From contig NC_068982.1 of NCBI RefSeq assembly GCF_001194135.2, positions 40,547,203-40,611,202 on the forward strand: a stretch of DNA of 64,000 nucleotides, read 5' to 3'. The position numbers and the translations under genes were made by a program. Positions 13,667 through 26,598 of the stretch are shown one piece after another. Within the stretch, counting starts at the first letter, position 1. Each line of letters begins with the position of its first letter. The DNA comes from Octopus bimaculoides. Its lineage: Eukaryota. The notes beneath the pieces are model-generated. The model was not told where the DNA came from and ran no database searches. It saw nothing but the letters and a program-made list of their open reading frames with translations.

Positions 13667-13787
13667 GAATTGACAGATCGAGGGGTCTTTCTCGATTGAG
13701 TGGAAGGAGATGCATAACCGTTTTTAGTTGGTGGAGCAATTCGTTTGATTGTTTCCGACATCTAACGATATTCTGACCCGTTAACCA
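13667..13787 (+). pseudogene. Isolated diverged 18S rRNA fragment
   Basis: Ungapped alignment by eye, about 75% identity, to the conserved 18S block ATTGACAGAT..CTCTTTCTCGATT..GTGCATGGCCGTTCTTAGTTGGTGGAGCGATTTGTCTGGTTAATTCCGATAACGAACGAGAC. No other rDNA is recognisable nearby. Confidence 0.8.
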
Positions 13788-15231
13788 GCGCGTTAATTAG
13801 CGCTTCTCCGTTAATTAGCGCTTCGTCGGTGGTACCGCGTACGGTCCGGGATTGCCAGTGACAGTTGCCTTTATCTTCTCATCTTACCTAGTTTAACGGG
13901 ATTATTCAGAAAACTTAGTACATATTTGGTTTCTGAGTCGTAATTATTTGATGGTTTGACCCATACTGCTTGCGGTGACGCTCCTCATGGTGATGACGTA
14001 ATATTCTTCCATTATTATAACAAAGCACTGAATAATAGTAGATTTAGAGGAAAGACATAAGTCTGCCCCCTAAACCTGAACCCCTAATAGTTAATAAAAT
14101 TATAAACTAGGCAATGATATAGCCAATAGTGTCAGCAATTACTTAAAACATATCTAGAAACTTTTCTCACAGAACTTAAATATTCCAAATTATTTAACCA
14201 GCAAAACTTAAACTTTAGTTATAGTTGCATGACTAGTATGAGGGGCATCACACACACACACACACATACATACATATATATATATATATATANNNNNNNN
14301 NNNNNNNNNNNNNNNNNNNNNNNNNNNNNNNNNNNNNNNNNNNNNNNNNNNNNNNNNNNNNNNNNNNNNNNNNNNNNNNNNNNNNNNNNNNNNNNNNNNN
14401 NNNNNNNNNNNNNNNNNNNNNNNNNNNNNNNNNNNNNNNNNNNNNNNNNNNNNNNNNNNNNNNNNNNNNNNNNNNNNNNNNNNNNNNNNNNNNNNNNNNN
14501 NNNNNNNNNNNNNNNNNNNNNNNNNNNNNNNNNNNNNNNNNNNNNNNNNNNNNNNNNNNNNNNNNNNNNNNNNNNNNNNNNNNNNNNNNNNNNNNNNNNN
14601 NNNNNNNNNNNNNNNNNNNNNNNNNNNNNNNNNNNNNNNNNNNNNNNNNNNNNNNNNNNNNNNNNNNNNNNNNNNNNNNNNNNNNNNNNNNNNNNNNNNN
14701 NNNNNNNNNNNNNNNNNNNNNNNNNNNNNNNNNNNNNNNNNNNNNNNNNNNNNNNNNNNNNNNNNNNNNNNNNNNNNNNNNNNNNNNNNNNNNNNNNNNN
14801 NNNNNNNNNNNNNNNNNNNNNNNNNNNNNNNNNNNNNNNNNNNNNNNNNNNNNNNNNNNNNNNNNNNNNNNNNNNNNNNNNNNNNNNNNNNNNNNNNNNN
14901 NNNNNNNNNNNNNNNNNNNNNNNNNNNNNNNNNNNNNNNNNNNNNNNNNNNNNNNNNNNNNNNNNNNNNNNNNNNNNNNNNNNNNNNNNNNNNNNNNNNN
15001 NNNNNNNNNNNNNNNNNNNNNNNNNNNNNNNNNNNNNNNNNNNNNNNNNNNNNNNNNNNNNNNNNNNNNNNNNNNNNNNNNNNNNNNNNNNNNNNNNNNN
15101 NNNNNNNNNNNNNNNNNNNNNNNNNNNNNNNNNNNNNNNNNNNNNNNNNNNNNNNNNNNNNNNNNNNNNNNNNNNNNNNNNNNNNNNNNNNNNNNNNNNN
15201 NNNNNNNNNNNNNNNNNNNNNNNNNNNNNNN

Positions 15232-15286
<55 letters not shown>

Positions 15287-15382
15287 AAGGATAAAAATCA
15301 CGTTAATGATTCTTATCAGGTGGTCAGCGTGCTATCAAAATATATAGGGAATTTGTACATTAGATTAATAATAATATGCATA

Positions 15383-16013
15383 TGTATATAATTATATTAA
15401 GGGACCAAGGGCGGAAACGACCTATCTCTAGCATCTTGAAGTGCCGAGACATTAAAAAAACTACCAAAAACTCCAGATAAATATACACATGGCTGAAACC
15501 AAGCTAATGAAAAATATTAAATATTACGTTAATTGTGAATTGGCTCCAATGTCTGGATTAAAACCATATACAGCTTTCTTCCTTCGTCAATACAATAAAC
15601 GGGAAATATAAATACAAATAATTGTACATACCGTACAAAGCAAATTCACACGTCTACGTACAAATATTTGCACGTATAGATCCAAGATAAGTCAATTATA
15701 AATCTTGGATCTATACGTGCAAATATTTGTATGTAGACGTGTGAATCTGCTTTGTACGGTATGTACAATTATTTGGATTTATATTTCCCGTGTATTGTGT
15801 TGACGAAGGAAGGATGCTGTATATGGTTTTAATCTAGAAATTGAAACCAATTCACAATTAACATGAAGCCCTATTAATGTTCGTTCACTAGCCTGCTTTC
15901 AGCCATGTGTATATTTATCTGGACTTTTTGGTAGTCTTTTGAATGTCTCGGCACTTCAAGCATGCTGAAGACAGGTCGTTTTCGCCCTTGCTCCTTTAAT
16001 ATAATTATATATA
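15383..16013. mobile_element. ~630 bp foldback (palindromic MITE-like) element
   Basis: Arms of about 300 bp are reverse complements (ATCCAAGAT 15680-15688 and ATCTTGGAT 15702-15710 around a 13 nt loop). TTAA occurs at 15397-15400 and 15996-15999. Confidence 0.85.
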
Positions 16014-16149
16014 TATGTACATCATTATTAATTTAATATACATGCACACATATATATATGTATTTATATGTGTATGTATATATGTATATATATATATGTG
16101 TGTGTCTGTGTATATATATTTATATATGTATGTATATGTATATATATAT

Positions 16150-16300
16150 GTACGACAGGCTTCTTTCTGTTTCCGTCTACCGAATACATTCACAAGGCTA
16201 TAAGTAGAAGATACTTACCCAAGGTACCATGCAGTGGGGCTGAACCCGGAACCGTTGTGGTTGGGAAGTAAGCTTCCTACCACACACCCATGCCTGTGCC
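16150..16300 (-). mobile_element. SINE family B 5' half
   Basis: Reverse complement of the family B head (CCAAGGTACCATGCAGTGGGGCTGAACCCGGAACC). Confidence 0.75.
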
Positions 16301-16556
16301 TATATATGAAATATCTTGTACCATATATAAATAAATACACAGGCATACATACGTACATACATACATATATATATATGTATGCACATGTATGTATGTATGT
16401 ATGNNNNNNNNNNNNNNNNNNNNNNNNNNNNNNNNNNNNNNNNNNNNNNNNNNNNNNNNNNNNNNNNNNNNNNNNNNNNNNNNNNNNNNNNNNNNNNNNN
16501 NNNNNNNNNNNNNNNNNNNNNNNNNNNNNNNNNNNNNNNNNNNNNNNNNNNNNNNN

Positions 16557-16595
<39 letters not shown>

Positions 16596-16901
16596 TCTAC
16601 ATATATATATATGTATGCACATGTATGTATGTATGTATGTATGTATGTATGTACGTGCGTGATTCTGTCAACGTATTTTCAATCCAATAATGTTGCTGAT
16701 AAAGGTTATACGTCTCTGACGATTTCACGATAAGTCATGATTAGGTAATTTACATTATGTAAATTATAATCACTTTATGTTAATGAACCTATGGAGGATG
16801 GTGTAACTTAATATCTAATAAACAATCTTTCATGTTTTATTTAATACTCACATATATACGCATATATTTATGCATGCATATATATGCAAGCAAGCGAGCA
16901 A

Positions 16902-16988
<87 letters not shown>

Positions 16989-17079
16989 GATATATGGAGT
17001 GATAAATAGATATAGAGAGCGAGAAGAGAAAAGGAGATATATATTTCTACTCATTATATTATATGCTTATTACTGATAC

Positions 17080-17110
<31 letters not shown>

Positions 17111-18994
17111 TGTGTGTGTATTTGTTAGTATGTAATACTAAATAGGGAGCCACATTGCATAGTCTATCAAAACAAGGAAATATAAAAGCACATCTATAAT
17201 TTAAGTGGGAATCTTAATGAAAGAACAATTTTTGTTTGAACGACTCTTCTTCGTCGGAAATATCAAAGAAATGGAGAGAGAGGGAAAGAGAGAGAGAGAG
17301 AGAGAGAGGGGAGGAAGAAAGAGAAAGGGAAAAAAGAGGAAGAGAATATCTGAACATATACTTGCATTCATACATAGATACGTATATACATACGAGCATT
17401 CATACACACGCTTTTTGCATGACCACATACACACACATACACACACACATACATACATACATACATACACACACATACATACACACACACACGTACATAC
17501 ATACATACACATGCATACATACATGCATACATGAATTAATACATACATACATTCATACATACATACACACACATACATACCTACATACATACATACATGC
17601 ATGCATTCATACATGCATGCATACACACACGCATACACACACTCATAGATATATACATACATACATACATACATACATACATACATACATACATTTAATT
17701 ACCATTATATAGTACTTAGAAACTGTACTGAGATTTCAGTATATATAGTTTCTCTAACAACGTGGTCGGTTTTGCAAACAAACTAAAGGACAGAGAGAGG
17801 AAGTACTCTTGTATGAAACAACTTCTCACAAACAAAGACGTTCTCAAGTACCGTGGCGCTATATAGCAGATGCATTGTGGTAGTATTTTTAGACTGCCTA
17901 GAGAGATAGGCAGAGTCAGTAATCGTAGTTCAATCCGCGTATATTAAAACTGGTGAGAAAAAAAAATCATTGTCAACTTGGTTGTCACTGAAGCAAGTAT
18001 AAACGAAGATAAAACAAAATTAAGCTAACTAAAGGAATACTTCAGTATGATGACCTATTTTGCTACCGTTCATTCTCATAGGTAACCTTTATCAGTTATT
18101 ATTAAGGAAGTAACGTATTTACATACTTAGCTCAATAGAAAATAGCAATATACAACAAATCTAATGTCAGTCCTTTTTTGTTGATGACCTAAATCTCTAA
18201 TACTTATAGCATTAAAAGACAATTAGATTTGGTCACGAATTTCTCGCAAGATAGAGTAATAGAATTCGGTAGAATCATGAACTAGACAACGAATAATGAC
18301 AACAATGATTTGCTATTTATCTTGTCCTCGACGACAGAAGAACCTCGTATTGTAAATAAATGTAAATTCACGAAAGAATAATTCAGCTAAGTTCAGAACG
18401 TCTGGTAGGTGGAGTCAAACTTCTATATCTATTCAATATGACTGCAGTGCTAATTATCGGCGAAAAAATAAAAGTATTGCTACACAGAACGCTTGAAAAA
18501 AACTACAATCAGGGCAAGGAAACAATATGAAATATTAACGACATTGCACTAGTAACTTTTACAGTAGTGACATTGGCATTAATCTTAAATTCAAGAGCGT
18601 AAAAAAAATCAGACAGTAAAGATGCTAGAAGATACAGCTAGTCTAGACAGCTTCTTAGAATATCAATTCATCCTATGAAAAAGAAGAAAAAAAATAAATA
18701 TTTCCGGACAGAAATATAAACATTTCCGAACAGAAATATATGTATGTACTTTTATACAAGTGAAAAAGAAATTATTTTAAATTTTGAAGACGTCTGAGTT
18801 ATACTTAGCTGGTCTACACAGCTCTTGAACAGGGATGGATGTAAATAAGGAGGAAGGCACTTCTGTATATATAAAGATGTGAAACATGCACCCATGTCTT
18901 ACGTATCCGGCAAATCGGCTTATAACAATATAGACAGAGATAATTGCATCTTCCCAACCTGGATATCCGGAGGAACATACCAAACATATCCATG

Positions 18995-19115
18995 CATATC
19001 TCTTGAATCTTTTTCTTTTACTTGTTTCAGTCATTAGACTGCAGCCATACTGGGGCACCACTTTGAAGAAGCTTTATTCGAATGTAACCACCCCAGTACT
19101 TATTACATGTATATT
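18995..19115 (-). mobile_element. SINE family B 3' tail
   Basis: CTTGTTTCAGTCATTAGACTGCAGCCATACTGGGGCACC..CCCCAGTACTTATT. Confidence 0.7.
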
Positions 19116-19127
19116 TATCTGTATATA

Positions 19128-20125
19128 CACTGGGTGTTCATTAAAGATTTCCCCTAACTCACTTCCCAAAGACTGGGATAACCGAAACTTGGCATAATTA
19201 CTACATAGCCACCACCAATGCTGACACTCTTCTCCCAGCGCTTTATGCAGCTGTGAAGGCCTTGTCTGTAGAAACTGATAGGTTGCGTCTGGAGGCAAGA
19301 GTTTCTCTCGGAAATAAGTTCATCATCGTCTATAAAGTAATTTCCCTTAAAAAAAAACATCATATTTGGAAAGTGGTAGAAGTCAGATGGTGTGAGGTCG
19401 GGAGAGTAAGGGGAATGAGGAAGAATTTCATAGCCGCAGGAGTGTGCTTTCATCTGGGCAACATGCGTATTGTGAAATGGGATGTAATCTTGGAGGAGGC
19501 GGACTACTTTGGTCAGCATACCACGCCTCTCAGCTTTGACGGCGTCCCGCAATTTCTGCAGCAGAGAAGCATAATATGCCCCGTTACTTGTAGCGTCTTT
19601 TGCCAGAAAATCCATCATCTCTACTCTGCGCTGGGCCCAAAAGACTATAAGCATCACCTTGCCTGCTGAGGGTTGGACACGAGCCTTCTATGGAAGTGGT
19701 GAGTTATCATCTGTGTGATAAACCGAAAATATCCTCCTTGATTTCTTGGCACATTACAAAAAGAACCTGGGAGCAATTGACACGCTCCTGCTTCTGAAAA
19801 GGCGTGAGCATCCAGGGAATCCATCGTGCAGATAACTTCCGTCTGTGCAAATGGTCGTGAATGATTATTTTCACAGGCCCTACACTTATCTTCACTTCTT
19901 GGGCTAGTTGCTGAATAGTTATGTGGTGATCCTCCAAAATGGCTGCTTCCACTTTAGTGACGGATTGTGGTCATACAGGGATAGGAGCAGTTTTCACTGA
20001 TGTCCGACCACGTTTGAACTGGCGATGCCAGTACTTGATTACGTCGTATAATAAACTTCTTTCATCGCATCGAAAGTCTCTTTTGGTGTACAACCTTTCA
20101 AGTATAAATACCTGATCACTGATCT

Positions 20126-20127
<2 letters not shown>
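19128..20127 (-). mobile_element. Decayed mariner transposase (DD34D)
   Basis: Frameshifted pieces: RSVIRYLYLKG, YWHRQFKRGRTSV (HTH), LSARWIPWMLT (WVPRxL-like) and LQDYIPFH..PHSPYSPDLTPSDF. Exactly 34 residues lie between the last two D. The start is lost into a (CA)n tract. Confidence 0.9.
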
Positions 20128-20168
<41 letters not shown>

Positions 20169-21250
20169 CATACACACTCACACATACTCACATGCATACA
20201 TACAAGGAAAGGTTCACAATGACTTCAAAGTTTCAGATCAAATGCCTTTGTCAGATAGTCATTGACGAAGTTAAAAGTAATACTCTATTTATACGTACAT
20301 ACTGAATGATTCTTCAATTGTTTTGACTCTTTTTATATATAACTATGCATAAAGAACAAACACTAATATATGTCTATATATTCATATGTATGTATGCATA
20401 TATGATATTGTGGTAAGCTTAGCATACATATTTAACCTAAGAACGAACAAAAAAACATCAAATAACAAACAGGACGTCTTCAGGCTGCAACGATGTGATA
20501 AAAAATCTCAGATATATCTTTAACGTTGTAGAACGTTAAAGATATACCAATATATAAATTTATGTATACTGTGTGTAGTATGCTACCTACCAATGAAACT
20601 GTTCTTACAAGAATTATGTCCGTAGGAAAGAGTACACTCATGAAAAGACCAAAGGCACCATAAATACAGAATTTATTCACATGTTTTAAAACAGAAATGT
20701 TTTGAAACATTTAGATGATATCTTCTCGCTCTTGCATCGATTTTTTCCTAAAAGCAGCAAAAAAATATATACAATTGTGAAGATAAGCTGTTGCTTTTAA
20801 AGTTCCGAATATAGAGACTATCTCCAGTTAATTGATATGCAACTTATAGTTTGCGTTGTTTTTTTTTGTTTTTTGTTTTTTAATTTGCTAGAGATATTTA
20901 TTGAATCATATATAATCAGTTGTACTCTTAAATATGGCAGAAACGTTTACACAACAATCTAAGAAATACAGGAATTCTTTAGGAAAGAATAGAACAAACT
21001 TAATTACATTCTCTTGGCGTATCGGTCATTGACACAGAAATATGAAAAACCATTTCGAAAATTCTTCATTTGCATTCGTTAATGATAAATATTAGTACAT
21101 ATATAGACTCATGCATGTGAAAACACAAGCGTTGATTTAATTCGAAATCCAATAAAATAGATTTGCGGTTTGGTAGCTACAAGCACTTAATATGATGGAA
21201 ACAAGAAAACCTAACCAATGATCAAGAAATACATATTTACATGTGTATAT

Positions 21251-21285
<35 letters not shown>

Positions 21286-21610
21286 NNNNNNNNNNNNNNN
21301 NNNNNNNNNNNNNNNNNTACAAAAAAAAGTGGATTTTTTTTGTATGATTGTGTATAGAGGAATATATTATTTTGCTTAAAAGAGTTCCAACACTGTCTGT
21401 TTTTTATGTTTTATTTATATTCCTGCAGAACTAATGTGGGGTATAGAATATGGAATATACAATATATAATATAATATACAATATATAATATAAAATAAAA
21501 TAAAAATGGATGGCACCATGAAATAAAGTATTGAATGTAGATGAAATATTGAGTGTTCAATATAAAGGATCAAATATATAAATATATAAATATAAATATA
21601 TATATATAAA

Positions 21611-21650
21611 GGCGACTCGAGTTTCAGGGCTATTTCCCTTCGTCATGGCC
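21611..21650 (-). ncRNA. Minimal type I hammerhead ribozyme-like motif (degenerate)
   Basis: Minus strand reads GGC-C(A)TGACGA-AGGG aaatag CCCT-GAAAC TCGA GTC-GCC. Stem II has 4 bp, stem III is palindromic (ACTCGAGT), the site is GUC and stem I has 3 bp. There is one extra A in the core. Confidence 0.6.
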
Positions 21651-22456
21651 GGTATGACATATATATATACATGTGTATATACATGTGTAAATAGACCACA
21701 AATACATACTTTTAGCCTCCTGCACAATATTATTGAAATACTTTAGTGAAAATATCCTCAAAATAGAAACAAACACTATTTTAGTAACATAGAATAAAAA
21801 TAAATATGTAATTAAATAAATACGCAGGTAACCTGAAAATTGAGGAGATCAACTGCCCGGAAGATATATCATATTCAAATAGGAGACATTTTAAAACAGT
21901 TACTTCGGAGACTAGAGCATCAATAGGAAGTGAGAGGAAGGGTGTGGTTCCATTGAAATAAAGTTAGATCTCTCATTGCGTTCAGTTACAATCCCACAAC
22001 GGCTTCCTTTTCTCTACTTTCTGTCGAAAGTCAATTGCCCGAAGCGTTTAACTTCCCTCACAACAATGGGATTTAACAACATTATGCAAAATTCACATTT
22101 AAATTAACTGTTGCATATACGCACACACTCTCACTGGTTCCCGTATTTCAGCTTTTAGCTAGCTTCAAAAGATTGATTATACGTTTACATTCGGTAATGT
22201 CAAGAGTGCACAGAAATATTGAAAAATTGGAGTTTTCGGATAAAGGAAAGAAAAGAATTGATGCCTTTATTTAAATATAATCTGTAGGTAACCATAACCC
22301 TCGTAAACTAGATTAGCTTGGCAATATATGCTATCACTAATGGCTTTTGGTGCCTATGTAGTCACAATGTTAGATAGAGGACTGCCTCAGCACTTGCCTG
22401 ATGTACACTTTCAGCTGAGTATACTTGAACAACGTGAAATACAGTGCCCTCCTTAG

Positions 22457-22567
22457 GTGCACAACCCGCCCATGCAGAAATCGAGCACACGCCCTTTTGA
22501 CTGGGAACCCAACACTGTAGCCACCAAGCTACGCGGAATAGTAAAGACATACAATATATTTCTGAAG
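22457..22567 (+). CDS. Candidate internal exon (VHNPPMQKSSTRPFDWEPNTVATKLRGIVKTYNIFLK), product unknown
   Basis: ccttag acceptor, AAG/gttagt donor, 111 nt open frame and locally raised GC. Other frames are also open. Confidence 0.25.
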
Positions 22568-23124
22568 GTTAGTATTATCCATGACAGTAGGTTTTGCAGT
22601 GTCGAAATTACATTAAGTGACCCTTGAACAATATACGCACAATGATTCAGGTAAGGCGTTATATTACTCACCTAAAGTTATTCAAACGGACACTGAGTCT
22701 TAAAGTGCAACTGTATTTGCTGCTACTGTTTCAGTGATATACTGTATTGTGATACTTTCTACTTAGAACTTCTTAGACCTTCTGCTTCCCAGACTTCTCC
22801 ACACCTACTACGAGTATCTCTTGAAATCAATGAACAGGTGAGCTTTCACTAAGAACATCAATACAAAAGAAAATTCACTTTATTTCTAACCAGGAAATAT
22901 TCATGGAAATAATTACATTTGCTCCTTACTTACAGGACTAATCGTATTTACTTACCAACGAAATAGCTACAGCTACATCTAAACCTACTGATAAAAATTT
23001 TAATTTATCTTGTGTCTTGAATATACATTTCTGTAAATATTATCAATACATACAAGTGTATTTTTCAAAACTGTTGACTTCATCTATAAAGATGAAAAAT
23101 GTATTAATAGCTTTCTACATTTAA

Positions 23125-23325
23125 GGCGCCGAGCTGGCACGCCGGGCAAAATGCTTAACCGCTATTCGTCCGTCTTTACGTTCTGAGTACAAATTCCGCC
23201 GAGGTCGACTTTGCCATTCATTCTTTCGGGGTCGATAAAACAAGTAACAGTTGAATACTGGGGTCAATGTAATCGATTTAACCCGCCCCTAAAATTGCTG
23301 GTCCTGTACCAAAATTTGAAAGTAA
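23125..23325 (+). mobile_element. SINE family A
   Basis: AAGGCGCCGAGCTGGCACGCCGGGCAAAATGC..AAATTCCGCCGAGGTCGACTTTGCC. Confidence 0.85.
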
Positions 23326-23618
23326 TATTCACCCTATTTTCTAGACTGGGGAGAGTCATTCTCATTTTGTACCTTATTATTTAACACACTCACCGGGTCA
23401 GTTTCCACTCATTTACTTCTTTATTTTTTCAAAAATTTTCGTTGCGTCTTGCAACCGTTTCAACAATTGTTGACTCTGTCCGTTATCCGAGCTGCGTTCT
23501 TTTTGTTTGTTCGTGCGCATGTATACGGGTCAGTGTGCGTGCACATACACATATGTATGTATTTATACATGTATGTGTGTGTCTGCATGTAAATGTGTGT
23601 GTGTGTATGCAAAGATGC

Positions 23619-23705
<87 letters not shown>

Positions 23706-23776
23706 TTTGTATATATGTATTCTGCATATTCATGTGTTTGTATATGTGTGTGTATTTGCATGTGCGTGTGTGTTTG

Positions 23777-23823
<47 letters not shown>

Positions 23824-24461
23824 CTCTGTGTCATTATGTGTGCATGTCTGAGTGTGTCTGTGAATGGGTTTTTGTGACTATGTACGCGCGTCTGTTATGT
23901 ATGGATGTGTGTCTCCATATGCGTCTTTGTGTGAATTGTGCGTGTGTGTATATGGTCATGTGTTTCAGTCTTCATTTTCGTATGTATGTGTGTATGTGTG
24001 CTTGTTTGTTCATATTACCTGTGTACCTATCTATCTATATGTCTATCTGTTTACATTCATATGTAATTTCACTCTACCCATCTACCCATTTTCACGGCAT
24101 ATGAAAAGTATCATCTCTGACCATTGCCAGACCTCGAGCCTGTCAGATAAAGAGAAGGTAAAAAAAAATACTTCTCACGGTTTGTTGCTAGCCACTACTT
24201 TGATCTCTATAAATAACCCAGTTATAATTCAATGGCCACTGGTGAGTCTGCTAGCAAATAGGGTAGAGTCCTTATATGTTGCTCACGAGACCGAACGCAT
24301 AGTCGCATCTAGTGGGTGACTACCACCGATGAGGAACTACTATCAGCTGGATCGTCTAACAAACAGATCACACTTCTGCGACTCATGCTATAGGATACAC
24401 TACATTTAGATATCGAGTGAGCCACAAATTTAAAACCTGACTCCCTGCAACGGAGTGAAAT

Positions 24462-24810
24462 CTTCTATGAGTCAAGTGATATTCCTAAAACTGAATTAAG
24501 CTGTTATCAGTAATGGCGAACCTTTTTATCCTAATTTGTTATTGTAGTTTCACTTACATTTATAAATGAACTTTAGTCTTAGACAACTACTTTGTAGATA
24601 AGATTCTTATAAAATAATACTGCAATGGAATGAAATCCGCTAAGAGTCAAGTGGTGTTCTTAAAATTTGTTTGGATCCCGATGTTACCACTAATGGTGAA
24701 CCTTTTGTAACCTAATCGGTTATTGTAGTTTTACTTACATTTATAGATGGATTTTAGTCTTAGACAAATGCTTTGTAGATAAGGTTCTTATAAAATCATA
24801 TTGTAAGGTT
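24462..24810 (+). repeat. Diverged ~175 bp tandem duplication
   Basis: GAGTCAAGTG..GTTATTGTAGTTT.ACTTACATTTATA..TTTAGTCTTAGACAA..TTTGTAGATAAG.TTCTTATAAAAT occurs twice. Confidence 0.8.
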
Positions 24811-25249
24811 TTTTGGGGTTTTTTTCCGATGTCCATGGTGAGTCACCTTGTAAAATATAACTACTGACATTCGCTATAGTCGGTCAAGAACAGGGATCCT
24901 CAACTACCAGGCCGCAAACCACTACTGGGCTGGAGATCATTTGGTAGCGGATTGCACAGAAAGAATAATTTTTTTTTTCTATTTCGTTGACTATCACAGC
25001 TTTCAGGATGTTTTTTTGCATTATATATGTATTACACATATAATAATATTGCATTATATATGAAATAATTAAAATATATAAACTGTGCATTTTATTGTTC
25101 TGTTATGCACGTGATCCTCCGATCCGTGGAAAAACTGCTTTGCATGAAATCAGTCCCTGGAGCAAAATAAGTTTGGGACTGCTGGCCTGCAAGTTCTTTA
25201 TATCCAGCCATAAGGTTTTTAGCACTACTAATGGCAGCAAATATTCTTT

Positions 25250-25457
25250 TCTACTCTAGGCACAAGGCCCGAAATTTCGGGTGAGGGGGCCAGTCGATTA
25301 ACTCGACTCCAGTGCGCAACTGATACTTAGTTTATCGACCGCGAAAGGATGAAAAGTAAAGTCGACCTCGACGAAATTTCAACTCAGAACGTAAAGGCAG
25401 ACGAAATACCGTTAAGCATTTCTCCCGGCGTGCTAACGATTCTGCCAGCTCGCCGCC
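25250..25457 (-). mobile_element. SINE family A
   Basis: Reverse complement of the family A pattern, ending CTGCCAGCTCGCCGCC. Confidence 0.85.
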
Positions 25458-25759
25458 TTAATAGCTACTAATATTGCATAATATAAAAGTGGCAAATTCA
25501 GAGTGTAAGGTACATACTTCATGAAAGCCGAGACATGGAAACAAACTCAGTCCTTCATTGAAGTCAATTCACATCAGTTGAGTGGCAAAGATATAAGCGC
25601 CATGTATTCTACATACTTTGATTGCCCTTAACAAAAACAAGATTTTTATACTAAGAAAATATCGTCAGACAAATGAAATCAATATTTCATAATAAAGTAA
25701 CAATATTTAATTAGATCTCTTTTGGCTTACCTTTTCTCATTCCCTCACTTTCTCTCTCT

Positions 25760-25835
<76 letters not shown>

Positions 25836-26272
25836 TCTCTCTCTCTCTCATGCGTGTGTGCGCGTATGTATGCGTGTTAATTAATATCTAGATTTAATCT
25901 ACATTTTCTTTCTCCACCTCGCCTCTCTCTCTCTCTTACTCCTTCTCACCTTCTCTTATATAAAGATATCTATATATGTATGTACGTATTTATGTATATG
26001 TGTACATATGTATGTATTCGTAATTTAATATTGTGTATGGGTGTATGTGTGTGTGTTTGTGTGTGTGTGAGTCAGTGAGTGTATTTATATTAATGCGATT
26101 AATGTATGTCTTTATTTAATGTTTAGATCGAATCCACTCCTTATTTTTCGAATGCGCTCTCCTTCTCAGTGTATATGAGTGCAGATATGTTTGTCAATAT
26201 CCATGTTTCCACCGGTGTATAAAAATTACGACCGTATGTTGCTGTTTTATTAATTTTTTTTTTTTTTATACA

Positions 26273-26437
26273 CCATATTTAATCGTGTATAAGCGGCACC
26301 TTCTAATTTAGTGTTAAGTCTTGGAACAGAATATTTTCTCTTCACAGCTCTAACTCTGCTCTATATATAAGTCACACCCCAGTTTTTGCCAGTTAAAATC
26401 AGATATAAAATAGTAAAACTTATATTCATATAAATAC
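26273..26437. mobile_element. pogo/Tigger-type MITE
   Basis: Ends CCATATTT..GTGTATAAG and CTTATATTC..AAATACGG-TA, resembling the CCGTATTT TIR type. Confidence 0.5.
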
Positions 26438-26562
26438 GGTATGTTGCAGTTAATTTATCTCAGGTTAAAGGATCTTTATTTCACATCTAATAACCCACCA
26501 TTGAAACTGTGAAACAGCGTTTGCTAGCTAGCTAGCTAGATAGGAAAAATATGCGTGCATGC

Positions 26563-26598
<36 letters not shown>

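Noticed and set aside
17201-17712. YVCM/HTYI/VC-repeat ORFs here and at 23442, 53522, 55592 and 59910
   Set aside because: They are translations of (CATA)n, (CA)n and (TA)n microsatellites.
24205-24246. TATA box plus ATG and a gtgagt donor as a gene start
   Set aside because: The TATAAATA-to-ATG distance leaves no room for a 5' UTR, and such motifs are common by chance in AT-rich DNA.
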